Shown: positions 27,090-36,844, numbered from the stretch's first letter. The stretch is DNA of 40,210 nt from Planctomycetota bacterium (GCA_038231435.1 JBBRLJ010000045.1:1-40210); one strand, 5' to 3'. Notes: generated by a model from the letters alone, not told the origin. Made by a program: numbers and translations.

Positions 27090-27539
27090 TCACGGCGCCG
27101 CCAGCTGCCGAGGCGGCTTGGGTAGCTCGCGACCGGCCTGTTCGCTGGTGACTTCGAGCAGCAGTCGCTGCTCCGGCCCCAGGGCGTCGGCGTGGTCGGC
27201 GAGCCACGCCATCATGCGCGGCGCGCGCACCCCACCGGGCGGCGCCGACTCGATGCGGCGGGCGAGGCCGTGCGCGATCGAAGCGAGCTCTCCGGCGACC
27301 AGCTTCCCCGAGCGGATGGCGGCGATGCGCTCGCGATCGGCCTGCCAGGCCAGCCGCAGGGCCTCGTCATCGAGCACGCGCGCGTCCAGCGCCGGCTCGC
27401 CCATCGCCGCAAGGGTCTGGGCCATCCCTGCGCGCAGATCGCCGACCAGCGGATCGGCGGGCGGCTCGTGCTTGGTGCAGCCGCTCGCCAGCGGCAGCAG
27501 CACGAGCACCAGGATCGTCGGCAGGAGGACCACGCGCAT
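27090..27539 (-). CDS. Hypothetical lipoprotein
   Basis: MRVVLLPTILVLVLLPLASG-C lipobox; co-oriented upstream of trpC. Confidence 0.6.
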   Translation of the reverse strand: MRVVLLPTILVLVLLPLASGCTKHEPPADPLVGDLRAGMAQTLAAMGEPALDARVLDDEALRLAWQADRERIAAIRSGKLVAGELASIAHGLARRIESAPPGGVRAPRMMAWLADHADALGPEQRLLLEVTSEQAGRELPKPPRQLAAP

Positions 27540-27646
27540 AGCGACACCTTCGCCCGGGGCGCGCGCGGACAAGCTGCGGGCAATCTGCGACACCGAGCGA
27601 CCGGCCCGGGGCTTCCCTCGGCCGCACCGGCCGCCACCGTGCGCCC

Positions 27647-28519
27647 ATGCCCCAGGAGCTGCCGCACGACTCTGGCCAGGCGAGATCGACGCCCGCGTCG
27701 GGATGGCTGCATCCGTACCTGTGGCTGATGCGCCTGACCTTCCTCAAGCTCATGGCCTACCGCATGCGCTACGTGACCGGCATCGCCACCTACGGCGTGT
27801 TCGTCGGCGGCCAGTACGCGATCTGGAAGGCGATCTACGCCAACCGCCACCTCGGCCCGAACGACACGCTGCAGGGTCTGACCCTGGCGGAGATGACCAC
27901 CTATCTGGCGGTCGGCTACATCGCCCGCGCTGCCTATTTCACCAACACCGACAGCGAGATCGCCGCGCGCTTCCAGAGCGGCGACGTCGCGCTCGACCTG
28001 CTCAAGCCGCTGGATTTCCACGGCCAGTGGCTCGCGCAGGCGGCCGGAGAGACCGCCTTCCGCATCCTCTTCTTCGCCGTGCCGATGAGCCTGGTGCTGG
28101 TGCCGCTGTTCGGCGTGCTGCCGCCCTCGGGCGACGGCTGGTGGCAATTCCCCGCGCTCTTCCTGGTGGCGTTCATGATCAACGCCGAGCTCAATCTGCT
28201 CGCCGGCACGCTCAGCTTCTTCCTCGAGGACATCACCGGGCTGATGAGCCTGAAGCGCAACCTGATCATGCTGCTGTCGGGACTGATGGTGCCGTTGCAC
28301 TTCCTCTGGTCGTTCCTGGCCCAGGCCACCGCGCTGATGCCGTTCGCGCTGATCTCGTACTACCCGACCATGGCCTACGTGGGCAAGCTCGGTCACGATG
28401 GCGTGCCCGGCTTCGGCCAGGCGCTCGGCCTCGGCCTGGTGTGGATGGCCCTCTTGCGTGGCGCGAACCTCGCGCTGTGGCATCGCGCACGGAACCGGCT
28501 CGAGGTGCAGGGCGGCTAG
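27647..28519 (+). CDS. ABC-2 type transporter permease (DUF990-like)
   Basis: AYR, IWKAIY, SGDVALDLLKPLD, LLSGLMVPL, PF...YYP motifs; about 6 TM segments. Confidence 0.88.
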   Translation: MPQELPHDSGQARSTPASGWLHPYLWLMRLTFLKLMAYRMRYVTGIATYGVFVGGQYAIWKAIYANRHLGPNDTLQGLTLAEMTTYLAVGYIARAAYFTNTDSEIAARFQSGDVALDLLKPLDFHGQWLAQAAGETAFRILFFAVPMSLVLVPLFGVLPPSGDGWWQFPALFLVAFMINAELNLLAGTLSFFLEDITGLMSLKRNLIMLLSGLMVPLHFLWSFLAQATALMPFALISYYPTMAYVGKLGHDGVPGFGQALGLGLVWMALLRGANLALWHRARNRLEVQGG

Positions 28520-28616
28520 CTGTCGGTTGGGGGGCTGCTGTCAGTTGGGGGGCTACGGCCCCCCAACATCGCGCTCCGCGCTGCCCCCCAGGAAGAAACG
28601 GATTGGGAGGGTGGGG
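28520..28616 (+). repeat. Dispersed hairpin repeat, copy 5 (doubled head)
   Basis: CTGTCGGTTGGGGGGCTG-CTGTCAGTTGGGGGGCTACGGCCCCCCAACATCGCGCTCCGCGCTGCCCCCCAGGAAGAAACGG directly after the TAG. Confidence 0.9.
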
Positions 28617-28688
28617 AGCAGGCGCGGGGCGCGCTGCTCGTGGGCGTACCTGGAATTGCCTCGGGACGGCCCTGCCTAGAGTCGCGGC

Positions 28689-29552
28689 ATGGACCGGTTT
28701 GAGATCGCACGCAATCTTCGCCAGTTGATCGAGCTCGATCGGGGGTTCGGGGTCGAGTTCATGCCGCGGTCGGCGCAGGCGGCGGGGGGCGTGGTTGCGC
28801 CGGCGCCCGCGCGGGCCGAGACCGTGGCGCGCGCGGTGGTGCCGGCGGTCGGGCGTTCAGCGGCATCGGCGCTGCAGGCACCCACGGTCCAGGCCGCGCC
28901 GGTGCGCGTGGCCTCGCCGTCATCGACGGCGGCGATGGCAGCGCCCGTGGCGCGTCTGATCGCGCCGGCTGCTCCGCCGGCGGGCGATTCGATCGCGGTG
29001 ATCGCGGCCGAGGTCGCGGCGTGCCGGGCCTGCGGTCTGTGCTCGACGCGGATGAACACCGTGCCCGGCGAGGGCGCGCTGCGTCCCGAGCTGCTGTTCA
29101 TCGGCGAGGGGCCAGGGGCCGACGAGGACACGCAGGGCAGACCGTTCGTCGGCGTGGCCGGCCAGCTTCTCGACCGCATGATCGGCGCTATGGGCCTGGC
29201 CCGTGCAGAGGTCTTCATCGCCAATGTCGTGAAGTGTCGACCGCCCGCGAATCGCAACCCACTCCCCGAGGAGATCGCGGCCTGCCTGCCGTTCCTGCAC
29301 CGCCAGATCGCCGCGCTCGCGCCGAAGGTCATCTGCACGCTCGGCAACGTGCCGCTGCGCGCGCTCTTCGGCGCCGAGCAGCCCGGCATCACCAGCTCGC
29401 GCGGCAAGCGCCTGTCATGGCACGGCACGGTCGTCATCCCGACCTTCCACCCGAGCTACCTGCTGCGCAACGAGCAGGCGAAGAAACCGGCGTGGGAGGA
29501 TCTGCTGACGGTGCTGAAGGAACTGGGCCGCGAGCCGCCGAAACGACGCTGA
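28689..29552 (+). CDS. Uracil-DNA glycosylase, family 4 (Fe-S)
   Basis: CRACGL, GEGPG.DED..G.PFVG, KCRPP.NR.P, TFHPSYLLR. Confidence 0.94.
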   Translation: MDRFEIARNLRQLIELDRGFGVEFMPRSAQAAGGVVAPAPARAETVARAVVPAVGRSAASALQAPTVQAAPVRVASPSSTAAMAAPVARLIAPAAPPAGDSIAVIAAEVAACRACGLCSTRMNTVPGEGALRPELLFIGEGPGADEDTQGRPFVGVAGQLLDRMIGAMGLARAEVFIANVVKCRPPANRNPLPEEIAACLPFLHRQIAALAPKVICTLGNVPLRALFGAEQPGITSSRGKRLSWHGTVVIPTFHPSYLLRNEQAKKPAWEDLLTVLKELGREPPKRR

Positions 29553-29597
29553 ATGTGGGCGGGGCGTGCCGCGCGACTCGCGCCGCACATCCCTGGA

Positions 29598-30440
29598 TTA
29601 TGCCGGCTTCGGTTCCTGGATCTCGATGAAGGGATCCTTCGCCAGGTAGCACGAGGAATTCGGATGGCCTCCGCCCCCGCGCGCGGCGGCGATGGTCGAG
29701 CAGTCGAATCCCGGCGCCGAGCGCAGGCTGTGCACCCAGTTGCCGGTGCCCTTGCGGTAGTAGAGGATCGCCAGGTCGTAGCCCAGCCCGCCCGCGGACA
29801 GCGGCATGCAGATGTGGTCGCCGACCTCGTTCTGGTCCTGGTTGCAGTTCACGGCGAGCGCCCGCACGCCGGGCATGCCGTAGGCGTTGTTCACCGCGAC
29901 GCCGTTCTTGACGGTCTCGGCGACCCGCAACGCGAGCGCTTCGAGCAGCGGACGGCCGATGCGCGCCATCTCGGCGAGGTCGACCTCGAGGATGCCGTCG
30001 AAGCGATCGCCCTTGAAGGTCACCCCCAGGCCCGCGGCGATGGCGCGGCTGTCGGGCAGCTCCCACTTCCACAGGTCCTTGTCGCGGATGTACGGGATCA
30101 CCGGCGGCGCGGGCTGATCCGGAAACAGGCAGCGCCAGGTCAGCGACGCGCCGCACTCGGAGGTGTCCAGCGTGCCCCAGCCGAGCGCCGCGCGCACCGG
30201 CGATTGGCTGGCATGGTGGTCGATCCAGATGACCTCGTCGGCCTGGGCCTTGATGGCGCGCATCTCGGCGACGGGCAGGCCGAAATCGACGATGTAGACC
30301 TTGCGCCCGAGCACCTGCGGGGGCTTCATGGTGTACTGCATGGGCAGGAACTCGCAGTCGGGTTCCTTGCGCTTGACCACCGCGGCCGAGCCGCAGCCAT
30401 CGAGGCAGTTCTTGTGGAAGATGCAGAGTGGGCGGGGCAT
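29598..30440 (-). CDS. DHH/DHHA1 family phosphoesterase (NrnB-like)
   Basis: H...DG, IVDF, IDHH, D.DLW.W, SLRS, GGGGHP. Confidence 0.88.
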   Translation of the reverse strand: MPRPLCIFHKNCLDGCGSAAVVKRKEPDCEFLPMQYTMKPPQVLGRKVYIVDFGLPVAEMRAIKAQADEVIWIDHHASQSPVRAALGWGTLDTSECGASLTWRCLFPDQPAPPVIPYIRDKDLWKWELPDSRAIAAGLGVTFKGDRFDGILEVDLAEMARIGRPLLEALALRVAETVKNGVAVNNAYGMPGVRALAVNCNQDQNEVGDHICMPLSAGGLGYDLAILYYRKGTGNWVHSLRSAPGFDCSTIAAARGGGGHPNSSCYLAKDPFIEIQEPKPA

Positions 30441-30467
30441 GGGGGTCTTCCATCCTACCAGCTCTTA

Positions 30468-30565
30468 GTTGGGGGGCTACGGCCCCCCAACATCGCGCTG
30501 CCCCTACCGACCGGGGCCTTACGCCGCGCTGCCCCCCAGGAGGCAGGGAGACGTGAGGGGTGGAA
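30468..30565 (+). repeat. Dispersed hairpin repeat, copy 6 (insertion in second hairpin)
   Basis: GTTGGGGGGCTACGGCCCCCCAACATCGCGCT[GCCCCTACCGACCGGGGCCTTACG]CCGCGCTGCCCCCCAGG. Confidence 0.88.
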
Positions 30566-30813
30566 GCCGGCCGGATGACCGGCGGCTCGACGTACGAGAA
30601 TCTCCGGCCGCTCCGCGCGGCACGGGACGCGCAGACAATGCGAGTCGAGGTTGGGCTTCTAGGTGGCTGGCGGGACCGGGTTTCGTGAGATTAGGCGCTT
30701 GTTTCGGAGGCTGAGGCCCCATGATGGTGAACCCTTCCGGCACGCCCGGATGTCGGTCCCTTTCGATTCCTTTTCACTCTCACGCTCGCGCTTCAACGCA
30801 CCCGGAGTTTCCC

Positions 30814-32931
30814 ATGGCTGCCATCCCCATCGCCAAGATGCGCAATTTCGGCATCGTCGCCCACATCGATTCGGGCAAGACGACGGTGTCGGAGCGCATC
30901 CTCTATTACACCGGCAAGAAGCACAAGATCGGCGAGGTGCACGACGGCGCCACGACCACCGACTGGATGAAAGAGGAGCAGGAGCGCGGCATCACCATCA
31001 CCGCCGCCGCGGTGTGGGTGAATTGGAAGGGCCATTACTGCAACCTGATCGACACCCCCGGACACGTGGACTTCACCGCCGAAGTCGAACGTTCCTGCCG
31101 CGTGCTCGACGGCGCGGTGGTGGTGTTCTGCGCCGTGGCCGGCGTCCAGGCCCAGTCCGAGACGGTGTGGCGTCAGGCCAACAAGTACCACGTGCCGCGC
31201 CTGGTCTTCGTCAACAAGATGGACCGCGGCGGCGCCAACTTCGACCGCGTGGTCGGACAGGTGAAAGAACGCCTGCACGGAAATCCCGTGCCCATCCAAT
31301 ACCCGATCGGCGCCGGCGACGAGTTCACCGGCATCATCGACCTGGTGATCATGAAGTACTTCACCTTCGAAGGCGAGAAGGGCGAGGACCAGATCGAGCA
31401 CGAGATCCCGGCCGAGCACAAGGCCGAATCCGAGAAGCGGCGCGCGATCATGATCGACTCCGTCGCCAGCCAGGATCCCGAGCTCGAGGACGCCTACCTC
31501 AACACCGGCACGCTCACCAACGAACAGATCGCCAAGGGTCTGAAGTTCGGCGTGCAGAACTACAAGCTCCAGCCCATGCTGTGCGGCGCCGCGCTGCGCA
31601 ACAAGGGCGTGCAGATGCTCCTCGACGCCGTGATCGACTATCTGCCCGACCCGATCTCGGTTCACAACATGAACCAGTTCGACATGTCGGACACCCTGCA
31701 CACCACGCCGATCCCGACCACTCCGGATCCGAAGGCGCCGCTGCTCGCGCTGGTCTTCAAGGTCATGAACATGCCCGGCGGCGAACTCTCGTTCGTGCGC
31801 GTCTACCAGGGCACGCTCAAGACCGGCGACCAGCTGATCGTCTCGAACACCGGCAAGAAGGAGCGCGCCAGCCGCCTGGTCAAGCTCATCGGCGCCGCCC
31901 AGTCGAACATCGACGAGGCTCCCGCTGGCGACATCTGCGCCATTGTCGGCCTCAAGTTCGCGTCCACCGGCGAAACGCTGTGCCATGAAGGCGGCAAGCA
32001 CGCGATGCTCGAAGGCATCACCTTCGCCAAGCCGGTCATCACCATGGCGATCGAGCCGAAGTCCAACCAGGATAAGGAGAAGCTCGCCTACGCGCTGTCC
32101 AAGATGGAACGCGAAGACCCGACCTTCAAGAAGTGGGTCGACCCCGAGACGGCGCAGCTGATCGTCGCCGGCATGGGCGAGCTGCATCTCGAAGTGCTCC
32201 AACACCGCATGCTCGACGACTTCAAGGTCGACGCCGTGGTCGGCAAGCCGCGCGTGTCCTACCGCGAGACCATCAGCAAGACCCTCGAGATCCGCGGCAA
32301 GCACGTGAAGCAGTCGGGCGGTCGCGGCCAGTACGGCGATTGCACCCTCGAGATCCGTCCGCTCACCGACGAAGAGAAGAAGGCCGGCAACGAGTTCATC
32401 TTCGTGAACGTCATCCGCGGCGGATCCGTGCCGAAGGAATACATCAAGCCGATCGAGGAAGGCGTGGTCAACGAATTGGCGCGCGGCTACGTCCTCGGCT
32501 ACCCGTGCATCAACGTGCACGTGTCGCTGACCGACGGCAGCTATCACGACGTCGACTCGTCCGAGCACGCGTTCGTCGCGGCCGGCGCGCTCGCCATCCG
32601 CCTCGCCTATCCCAAGCTCGGCGTGCAGGTGCTCGAGCCGTGGATGCTCGTCGAGGTCGAGACCCCCGACGAGTTCACCGGCTCGATCATGGGTTCGCTG
32701 AACTCCAAGCGCGCGATGATCACTGAGACCGCCAAGCGCGGACCCTCGAACATCATCCGTTGCGAGGTGCCGCTCGGCGAGATGTTCGGCTACACCACCG
32801 ACCTGCGCTCGATGAGCCAGGGCCGCGCGTCGTATTCGATGGAGCCGAGCGAGTACAAGACCGTGCCCAACTCGATGCTCGAGAAGCTCAAGGCCAAGGA
32901 AGGCATCAAGACCCAGAAGGGCGAGGGCTAG
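30814..32931 (+). CDS. fusA: Elongation factor G (stand-alone copy)
   Basis: [55 protein letters not shown]. Confidence 0.96.
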   Translation: MAAIPIAKMRNFGIVAHIDSGKTTVSERILYYTGKKHKIGEVHDGATTTDWMKEEQERGITITAAAVWVNWKGHYCNLIDTPGHVDFTAEVERSCRVLDGAVVVFCAVAGVQAQSETVWRQANKYHVPRLVFVNKMDRGGANFDRVVGQVKERLHGNPVPIQYPIGAGDEFTGIIDLVIMKYFTFEGEKGEDQIEHEIPAEHKAESEKRRAIMIDSVASQDPELEDAYLNTGTLTNEQIAKGLKFGVQNYKLQPMLCGAALRNKGVQMLLDAVIDYLPDPISVHNMNQFDMSDTLHTTPIPTTPDPKAPLLALVFKVMNMPGGELSFVRVYQGTLKTGDQLIVSNTGKKERASRLVKLIGAAQSNIDEAPAGDICAIVGLKFASTGETLCHEGGKHAMLEGITFAKPVITMAIEPKSNQDKEKLAYALSKMEREDPTFKKWVDPETAQLIVAGMGELHLEVLQHRMLDDFKVDAVVGKPRVSYRETISKTLEIRGKHVKQSGGRGQYGDCTLEIRPLTDEEKKAGNEFIFVNVIRGGSVPKEYIKPIEEGVVNELARGYVLGYPCINVHVSLTDGSYHDVDSSEHAFVAAGALAIRLAYPKLGVQVLEPWMLVEVETPDEFTGSIMGSLNSKRAMITETAKRGPSNIIRCEVPLGEMFGYTTDLRSMSQGRASYSMEPSEYKTVPNSMLEKLKAKEGIKTQKGEG

Positions 32932-32941
32932 CATCCTTCAC

Positions 32942-33088
32942 GGGCTCCGCCCCTACGGCCCTGGCGGGCCTACCCCACAGGCTTTGTCATGGCTCGTTTT
33001 CGCCGGGGGCCGGCGAAAACGTGGGCGGAACGGCTCCGCCGATCCGCCCACCACCACTCGGCGCCCGCCCCATCGCCAGACGATGGGG
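32942..33088. repeat. Cluster of REP-like hairpins downstream of fusA
   Basis: GGGC-TCC-GCCC; GTTTTCGCCGG-GGG-CCGGCGAAAAC; GTGGGCGGAACGGC-TCC-GCCGATCCGCCCAC; CCCCATCG-CCAGA-CGATGGGG. Confidence 0.65.
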
Positions 33089-33112
33089 CCCCGGGATCTG
33101 GCAGTGACTCAC

Positions 33113-33151
33113 AATGATGCGGGGATGCCGAAAGGCATCCCCGCATCATTT
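33113..33151 (+). terminator. Perfect 17-bp stem with GAAA tetraloop (candidate terminator)
   Basis: AATGATGCGGGGATGCC-GAAA-GGCATCCCCGCATCATT; only a short T run follows. Confidence 0.55.
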
Positions 33152-33246
33152 GGTGCAGTCGCCTGCGTCCTGGAGCCGATACGCCGTTTGCCGCCGCTCC
33201 GAGCATTCGCAACGCCTCTCGCTTGATCTCCTCTGCCGGGAGCAAT

Positions 33247-33283
33247 GATTTCATTAGCGGTATATAATTTCACTAATGAAATC
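33247..33283 (+). promoter_or_regulatory. 11-bp inverted repeat enclosing a TATAAT -10 box and overlapping the start codon of the IclR-family gene
   Basis: GATTTCATTAG-N15-CTAATGAAATC; TATAAT at 33263-33268; ATG at 33276. Confidence 0.7.
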
Positions 33284-34082
33284 TACTCCCGTGCCGTTCT
33301 CCCCTCTGTCGCCTGCGTCCGATCCGGCGCCGGCGCTCACGCGCGGCTTGGCCCTCCTGCGCCACCTGAATCGCGAAGGAGCATGTTCCCTCGATCGGCT
33401 CGCGCGCACCAGCGGCTGGCCAAAGGCGTCGGTGCTGCGGCTGATGCGCAGCCTGGAGTCGTCCGGAGCCGCCGCGCGCGATCCGGCCAGCAAACGCTGG
33501 CGCACGCTGGTCCGCCTGGTGGCCGGGGACACCCGCGAAGCCGTGCTGCGCCGACGCTGCGGCGAGGCCGCCGCGTGGCTGTGCCAGACCGCAGCGCAGA
33601 CCGCCGAAATCTATGCATTCGCCGAGCGCGGCCTCGAGATGGTCGATCGCGCCGAGCCCGAGGACGTCGAGGTTTCGGTGCGCGCACGCATCGGCTGTGT
33701 GCGATCGTGGCACGGCGTCGACGCGGTGGTCCAGCTCGGCCTGGCGTTCGGCGATCCACGTCCAACCGCCACGCGACCGAGCCGCGCGCGTGGGAACGGA
33801 CGCCTGACGCTGACCAAGTCCGAGTTGGAGGCGCTGCTGGCCGCGGCGCGCGCGCGACGGATAGCGGCGGATCCATACGCCAACGCCAACGGCGTGCGCC
33901 GTTTCGCCGCTCCGCTGATGGATGCCAGTGACCGCCTGATCGGCGTGATCGCCCTTGCCGTGGCCGGCGCCGAGGCGGCGGACCACGCGAACGATGCGCG
34001 ATTCACACGCCTGGTCGCGGCGGCGGAGAAGCGCATCGGCCCCCTGCCGGATGGCGCGAACGAAGATTCCGGAAGGACCTGA
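33276..34082 (+). CDS. IclR family transcriptional regulator
   Basis: PALTRGLALL...LARTSGWPKASVLRLM HTH; C-terminal GVRRFAAPL...IGVIAL. Confidence 0.88.
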   Translation: MKSTPVPFSPLSPASDPAPALTRGLALLRHLNREGACSLDRLARTSGWPKASVLRLMRSLESSGAAARDPASKRWRTLVRLVAGDTREAVLRRRCGEAAAWLCQTAAQTAEIYAFAERGLEMVDRAEPEDVEVSVRARIGCVRSWHGVDAVVQLGLAFGDPRPTATRPSRARGNGRLTLTKSELEALLAAARARRIAADPYANANGVRRFAAPLMDASDRLIGVIALAVAGAEAADHANDARFTRLVAAAEKRIGPLPDGANEDSGRT

Positions 34083-34086
34083 CCCG

Positions 34087-35433
34087 ATGCCCAACCGCCA
34101 GCCCAACATCGTCTTCGTCTTCTCCGATCAGCAGCGCTGGGACACCGTGGGTTGCTATGGGCAATCGCTGCCGGTGACGCCGCACCTCGACCGCATGGCC
34201 AACGATGGCGTGCGTTTCGCGAACGCCTTCACCAACCAGCCGGTATGCGGACCGACGCGCGCCGTGCTGCAGACCGGCCGCTACGCGACCGAGACCGGCT
34301 GCTGGCGCAATGGCATCGCCCTGAAGACCAACGAACGCACCTTCGCCCATGCGCTCTCGGACGCTGGTTACGAGGTCGGCTACATCGGCAAGTGGCACCT
34401 CGCCTCGTCCAATGGCGATCCCGCCGCGGATTTCACCACCAGCGCCGTGCCCCCCGAGCGCCGCGGCGGCTGGAAGGACCATTGGCTGGCCGCCGACGTG
34501 CTCGAGTTTACCTCGCACGGCTATGACGGCCATCTCTTCGACGGCGGCATGCGCCGCGTCGATTTCACCGGCTACCGCGCCGATGCGTTGAGCGGATTCG
34601 CCGTCGACCACTTGCGCGCGCTCGGTCGCGATCGTCGCCGGCCATTCTGCCTGTTCGTGTCCTACATCGAGCCGCACCACCAGAACGATCGCGGCCGCTA
34701 CGAGGGACCCGACGGATCGAAGGAGCGCTGGCGTGATTACACGCCGCCTGGGGATCTCGAGGGCACCGTCGGCGATTGGCGCGAGAGCTACCCCGACTAC
34801 CTGGGATGCTGCCACGCGGTGGATGCCGGCGTGGGCCGCATGCGCGCCGAGCTCGAGCGCCTCGGCATCGCCGGTGAGACGCTGGTGGTCTACACCAGCG
34901 ATCACGGCAGCCACTTCCGCACCCGCAACGACGAGTACAAGCGCTCGTGTCACGACGCGAGCATCCGCATCCCGATGATCGCCTGCGGGCCCGGCTTCGC
35001 CCGCGGCGCCGTCACCGAGAGCCTGGCGAGCCTCATCGATCTGCCGCCCACCCTGCTGCGCGCCGCGGGCGCGACGATCCCGCCGGGCATGCGCGGCCGA
35101 CCGCTCCAGGACGCGGGAGCGGGAGCGCCATGGCGTGACGAGGTATTCATCCAGATCAGCGAATCGCAGGTCGGCCGGGCGCTGCGCACGCCCGGGTGGA
35201 CCTATGCGGTGAACGCCCCGGGCGAGAACGGCTGGCTAGCGGGAACGGCCGACGAGTACGTCGAGGAGTTCCTTTACGATCTTCGCGCCGATCCGCACCA
35301 GCGCGCCAACCTCGTCGACGATCCCCGTCACGCCGGAACCCGCGCCGAGTTCGCCCAGCGCCTGGCAGCACGCATGGAAGAGGCCGGCGAACGTCCACCA
35401 CGCATAATCACCCGCGCCCACGCCGAGCCCTGA
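34087..35433 (+). CDS. Cys-type (FGly) sulfatase, cytoplasmic
   Basis: PNIVFVFSDQ, CGPTR (CxPxR), TGRY, GKWHL, SDHG; no signal peptide. Confidence 0.93.
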   Translation: MPNRQPNIVFVFSDQQRWDTVGCYGQSLPVTPHLDRMANDGVRFANAFTNQPVCGPTRAVLQTGRYATETGCWRNGIALKTNERTFAHALSDAGYEVGYIGKWHLASSNGDPAADFTTSAVPPERRGGWKDHWLAADVLEFTSHGYDGHLFDGGMRRVDFTGYRADALSGFAVDHLRALGRDRRRPFCLFVSYIEPHHQNDRGRYEGPDGSKERWRDYTPPGDLEGTVGDWRESYPDYLGCCHAVDAGVGRMRAELERLGIAGETLVVYTSDHGSHFRTRNDEYKRSCHDASIRIPMIACGPGFARGAVTESLASLIDLPPTLLRAAGATIPPGMRGRPLQDAGAGAPWRDEVFIQISESQVGRALRTPGWTYAVNAPGENGWLAGTADEYVEEFLYDLRADPHQRANLVDDPRHAGTRAEFAQRLAARMEEAGERPPRIITRAHAEP

Positions 35434-35443
35434 CGGAGCAGTC

Positions 35444-35731
35444 ATGGAACCCTACGCCGATCGCACCCCCGACGAGCTGATCGTCCGCGACCTGCTCGCG
35501 ATCGACCGCACCGAACTTGCGAACGAACGCACGCTGCTCGCCTACGCGCGCACCGCCCTCGCGCTGGGCATCACCGGCGCGTCGAGCCTGCATTTCCTCG
35601 ACGGCCCCCTGGCCGCGGTGACCGGTTACGGCGCGATCACGGTCGCGATCGCCACCTCGATCCTCGGCGCCTACCGCTACGCCCGACTGCAACGCCTCAT
35701 CTCCCGCATCCGCCACGGGAATACCCGCTGA
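35444..35731 (+). CDS. DUF202 (YidH-like) inner membrane protein
   Basis: RTELANERTLLAYART signature; GGAG RBS. Confidence 0.9.
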   Translation: MEPYADRTPDELIVRDLLAIDRTELANERTLLAYARTALALGITGASSLHFLDGPLAAVTGYGAITVAIATSILGAYRYARLQRLISRIRHGNTR

Positions 35732-35769
35732 TCACCACGAGCAGCGCGCACAAGCGCCTGCGCCCATAA

Positions 35770-35896
35770 ACCCCTCCTCCCCGCCAACTGGGGGCCGCGC
35801 GGAGCGCGATGTTGGGGGGATCGCGCAGCGATCTCACATGCCCGTTGGGGCCTGTGCCGGCCGGAGGCCGCAGTCCCCAACAGAAAGCCCCCTAAC
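35770..35896 (-). repeat. Dispersed hairpin repeat, copy 7 (doubled head plus three-hairpin insertion)
   Basis: Minus strand, immediately after the cdsA TAG: GTTAGGGGGCTTTCT-GTTGGGGACTGCGG[CCTCCGGCCGGCACAGGCCCCAACGGGCATGTGAGATCGCTGCGCGAT]CCCCCCAACATCGCGCTCCGCGCGGCCCCC. Confidence 0.88.
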
Positions 35897-36844
35897 CTAG
35901 AGCACGAGAGCGAGCAAGTACGCCACCGGCGCCGCCAGCACCAACGCGTCGTAGATGTCCAGGAATCCGCCGAATCCGCCCAGCGACGCGCCGCTGTCCT
36001 TGACCGCCGCATCGCGTTTCATGCAGCTCTCGGCCAGATCTCCGGCGACGCCGAAGGGCCCGAGCACCAGCCCCCACACCAGCGGCTGCCACCAGCCGTT
36101 GAACGGGCCGGGCGCGTAGTACATGTGCAGCAGCCACGTGAACAGGTACGCGCCGCCGATCGATCCGACGAAGCTGAACGCGAAACCCTCCCAGGTCTTC
36201 GCCGGGCTGATGCGCGGCACCATCTTGTGCCTGCCGAAGGCGCGGCCTCCGAAGTAGGCGGTGACATCGCCCAGCTTGCAGCTGGCGAGGAAGAGCATCA
36301 ACAACATGCCGCCGCGGCCGGCGACCGTGGCCTCGCCGCCGTAGTATTCCGGCCCGCCCTCGATCAGCGCGAGGCGCTGGATGAGGTGGAACACCACGCC
36401 CATGTAAACCATGCCGAGGATGGTCGCGCCCACGTTCGAGAAGAAGCGCGTGGTCGCGTGGTAGAACATCTGCGCGAGCAGTACCCAGGCGAGGCCGAGG
36501 CCGATGATCAGCATGCTCACCGGCACCTGGGTGGCGTAGAACGGCAGCAGCAGGCGCTCGAGCTGGCTCGGCGCGGTCACGCCGTTGGCGGAATGGAGCT
36601 CACCGGCCACGTTGCCGACCACCACCAGCAGCACGCTGACCACCATCATGGGCGCCGATTGCACCTCGGTGGCCTGAACGCGCGCAAGCCGGGCGAACTC
36701 GCGGCAGCCCAGCAAGGCGCCTATCACTCCCAGCACCAGGACGCCGACATGGCTCTGCCGATTGACGTCGGTGGCCAGCGCGACGATCACCAGGGCGGCC
36801 ATCGTGAAGCCAAAAACCAGGCGGCTCTGAAGTTCCGGGCGCAT
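35897..36844 (-). CDS. cdsA: Phosphatidate cytidylyltransferase
   Basis: DVTAYFGG, ISPAKTWEG, GDLAESCMKRDAAVKDSG, GGFLD..D. Confidence 0.94.
   Translation of the reverse strand: MRPELQSRLVFGFTMAALVIVALATDVNRQSHVGVLVLGVIGALLGCREFARLARVQATEVQSAPMMVVSVLLVVVGNVAGELHSANGVTAPSQLERLLLPFYATQVPVSMLIIGLGLAWVLLAQMFYHATTRFFSNVGATILGMVYMGVVFHLIQRLALIEGGPEYYGGEATVAGRGGMLLMLFLASCKLGDVTAYFGGRAFGRHKMVPRISPAKTWEGFAFSFVGSIGGAYLFTWLLHMYYAPGPFNGWWQPLVWGLVLGPFGVAGDLAESCMKRDAAVKDSGASLGGFGGFLDIYDALVLAAPVAYLLALVL

Noticed and set aside
30793..32934. 713-aa antisense ORF over fusA, and similar long shadow ORFs over guaA, guaB and fabF
   Set aside because: Expected antisense open frames in high-GC3 genes; no recognisable motifs.
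14341..35896. Repeat family as a CRISPR array
   Set aside because: Copies are dispersed kilobases apart on both strands, with no regular spacers and no cas genes.
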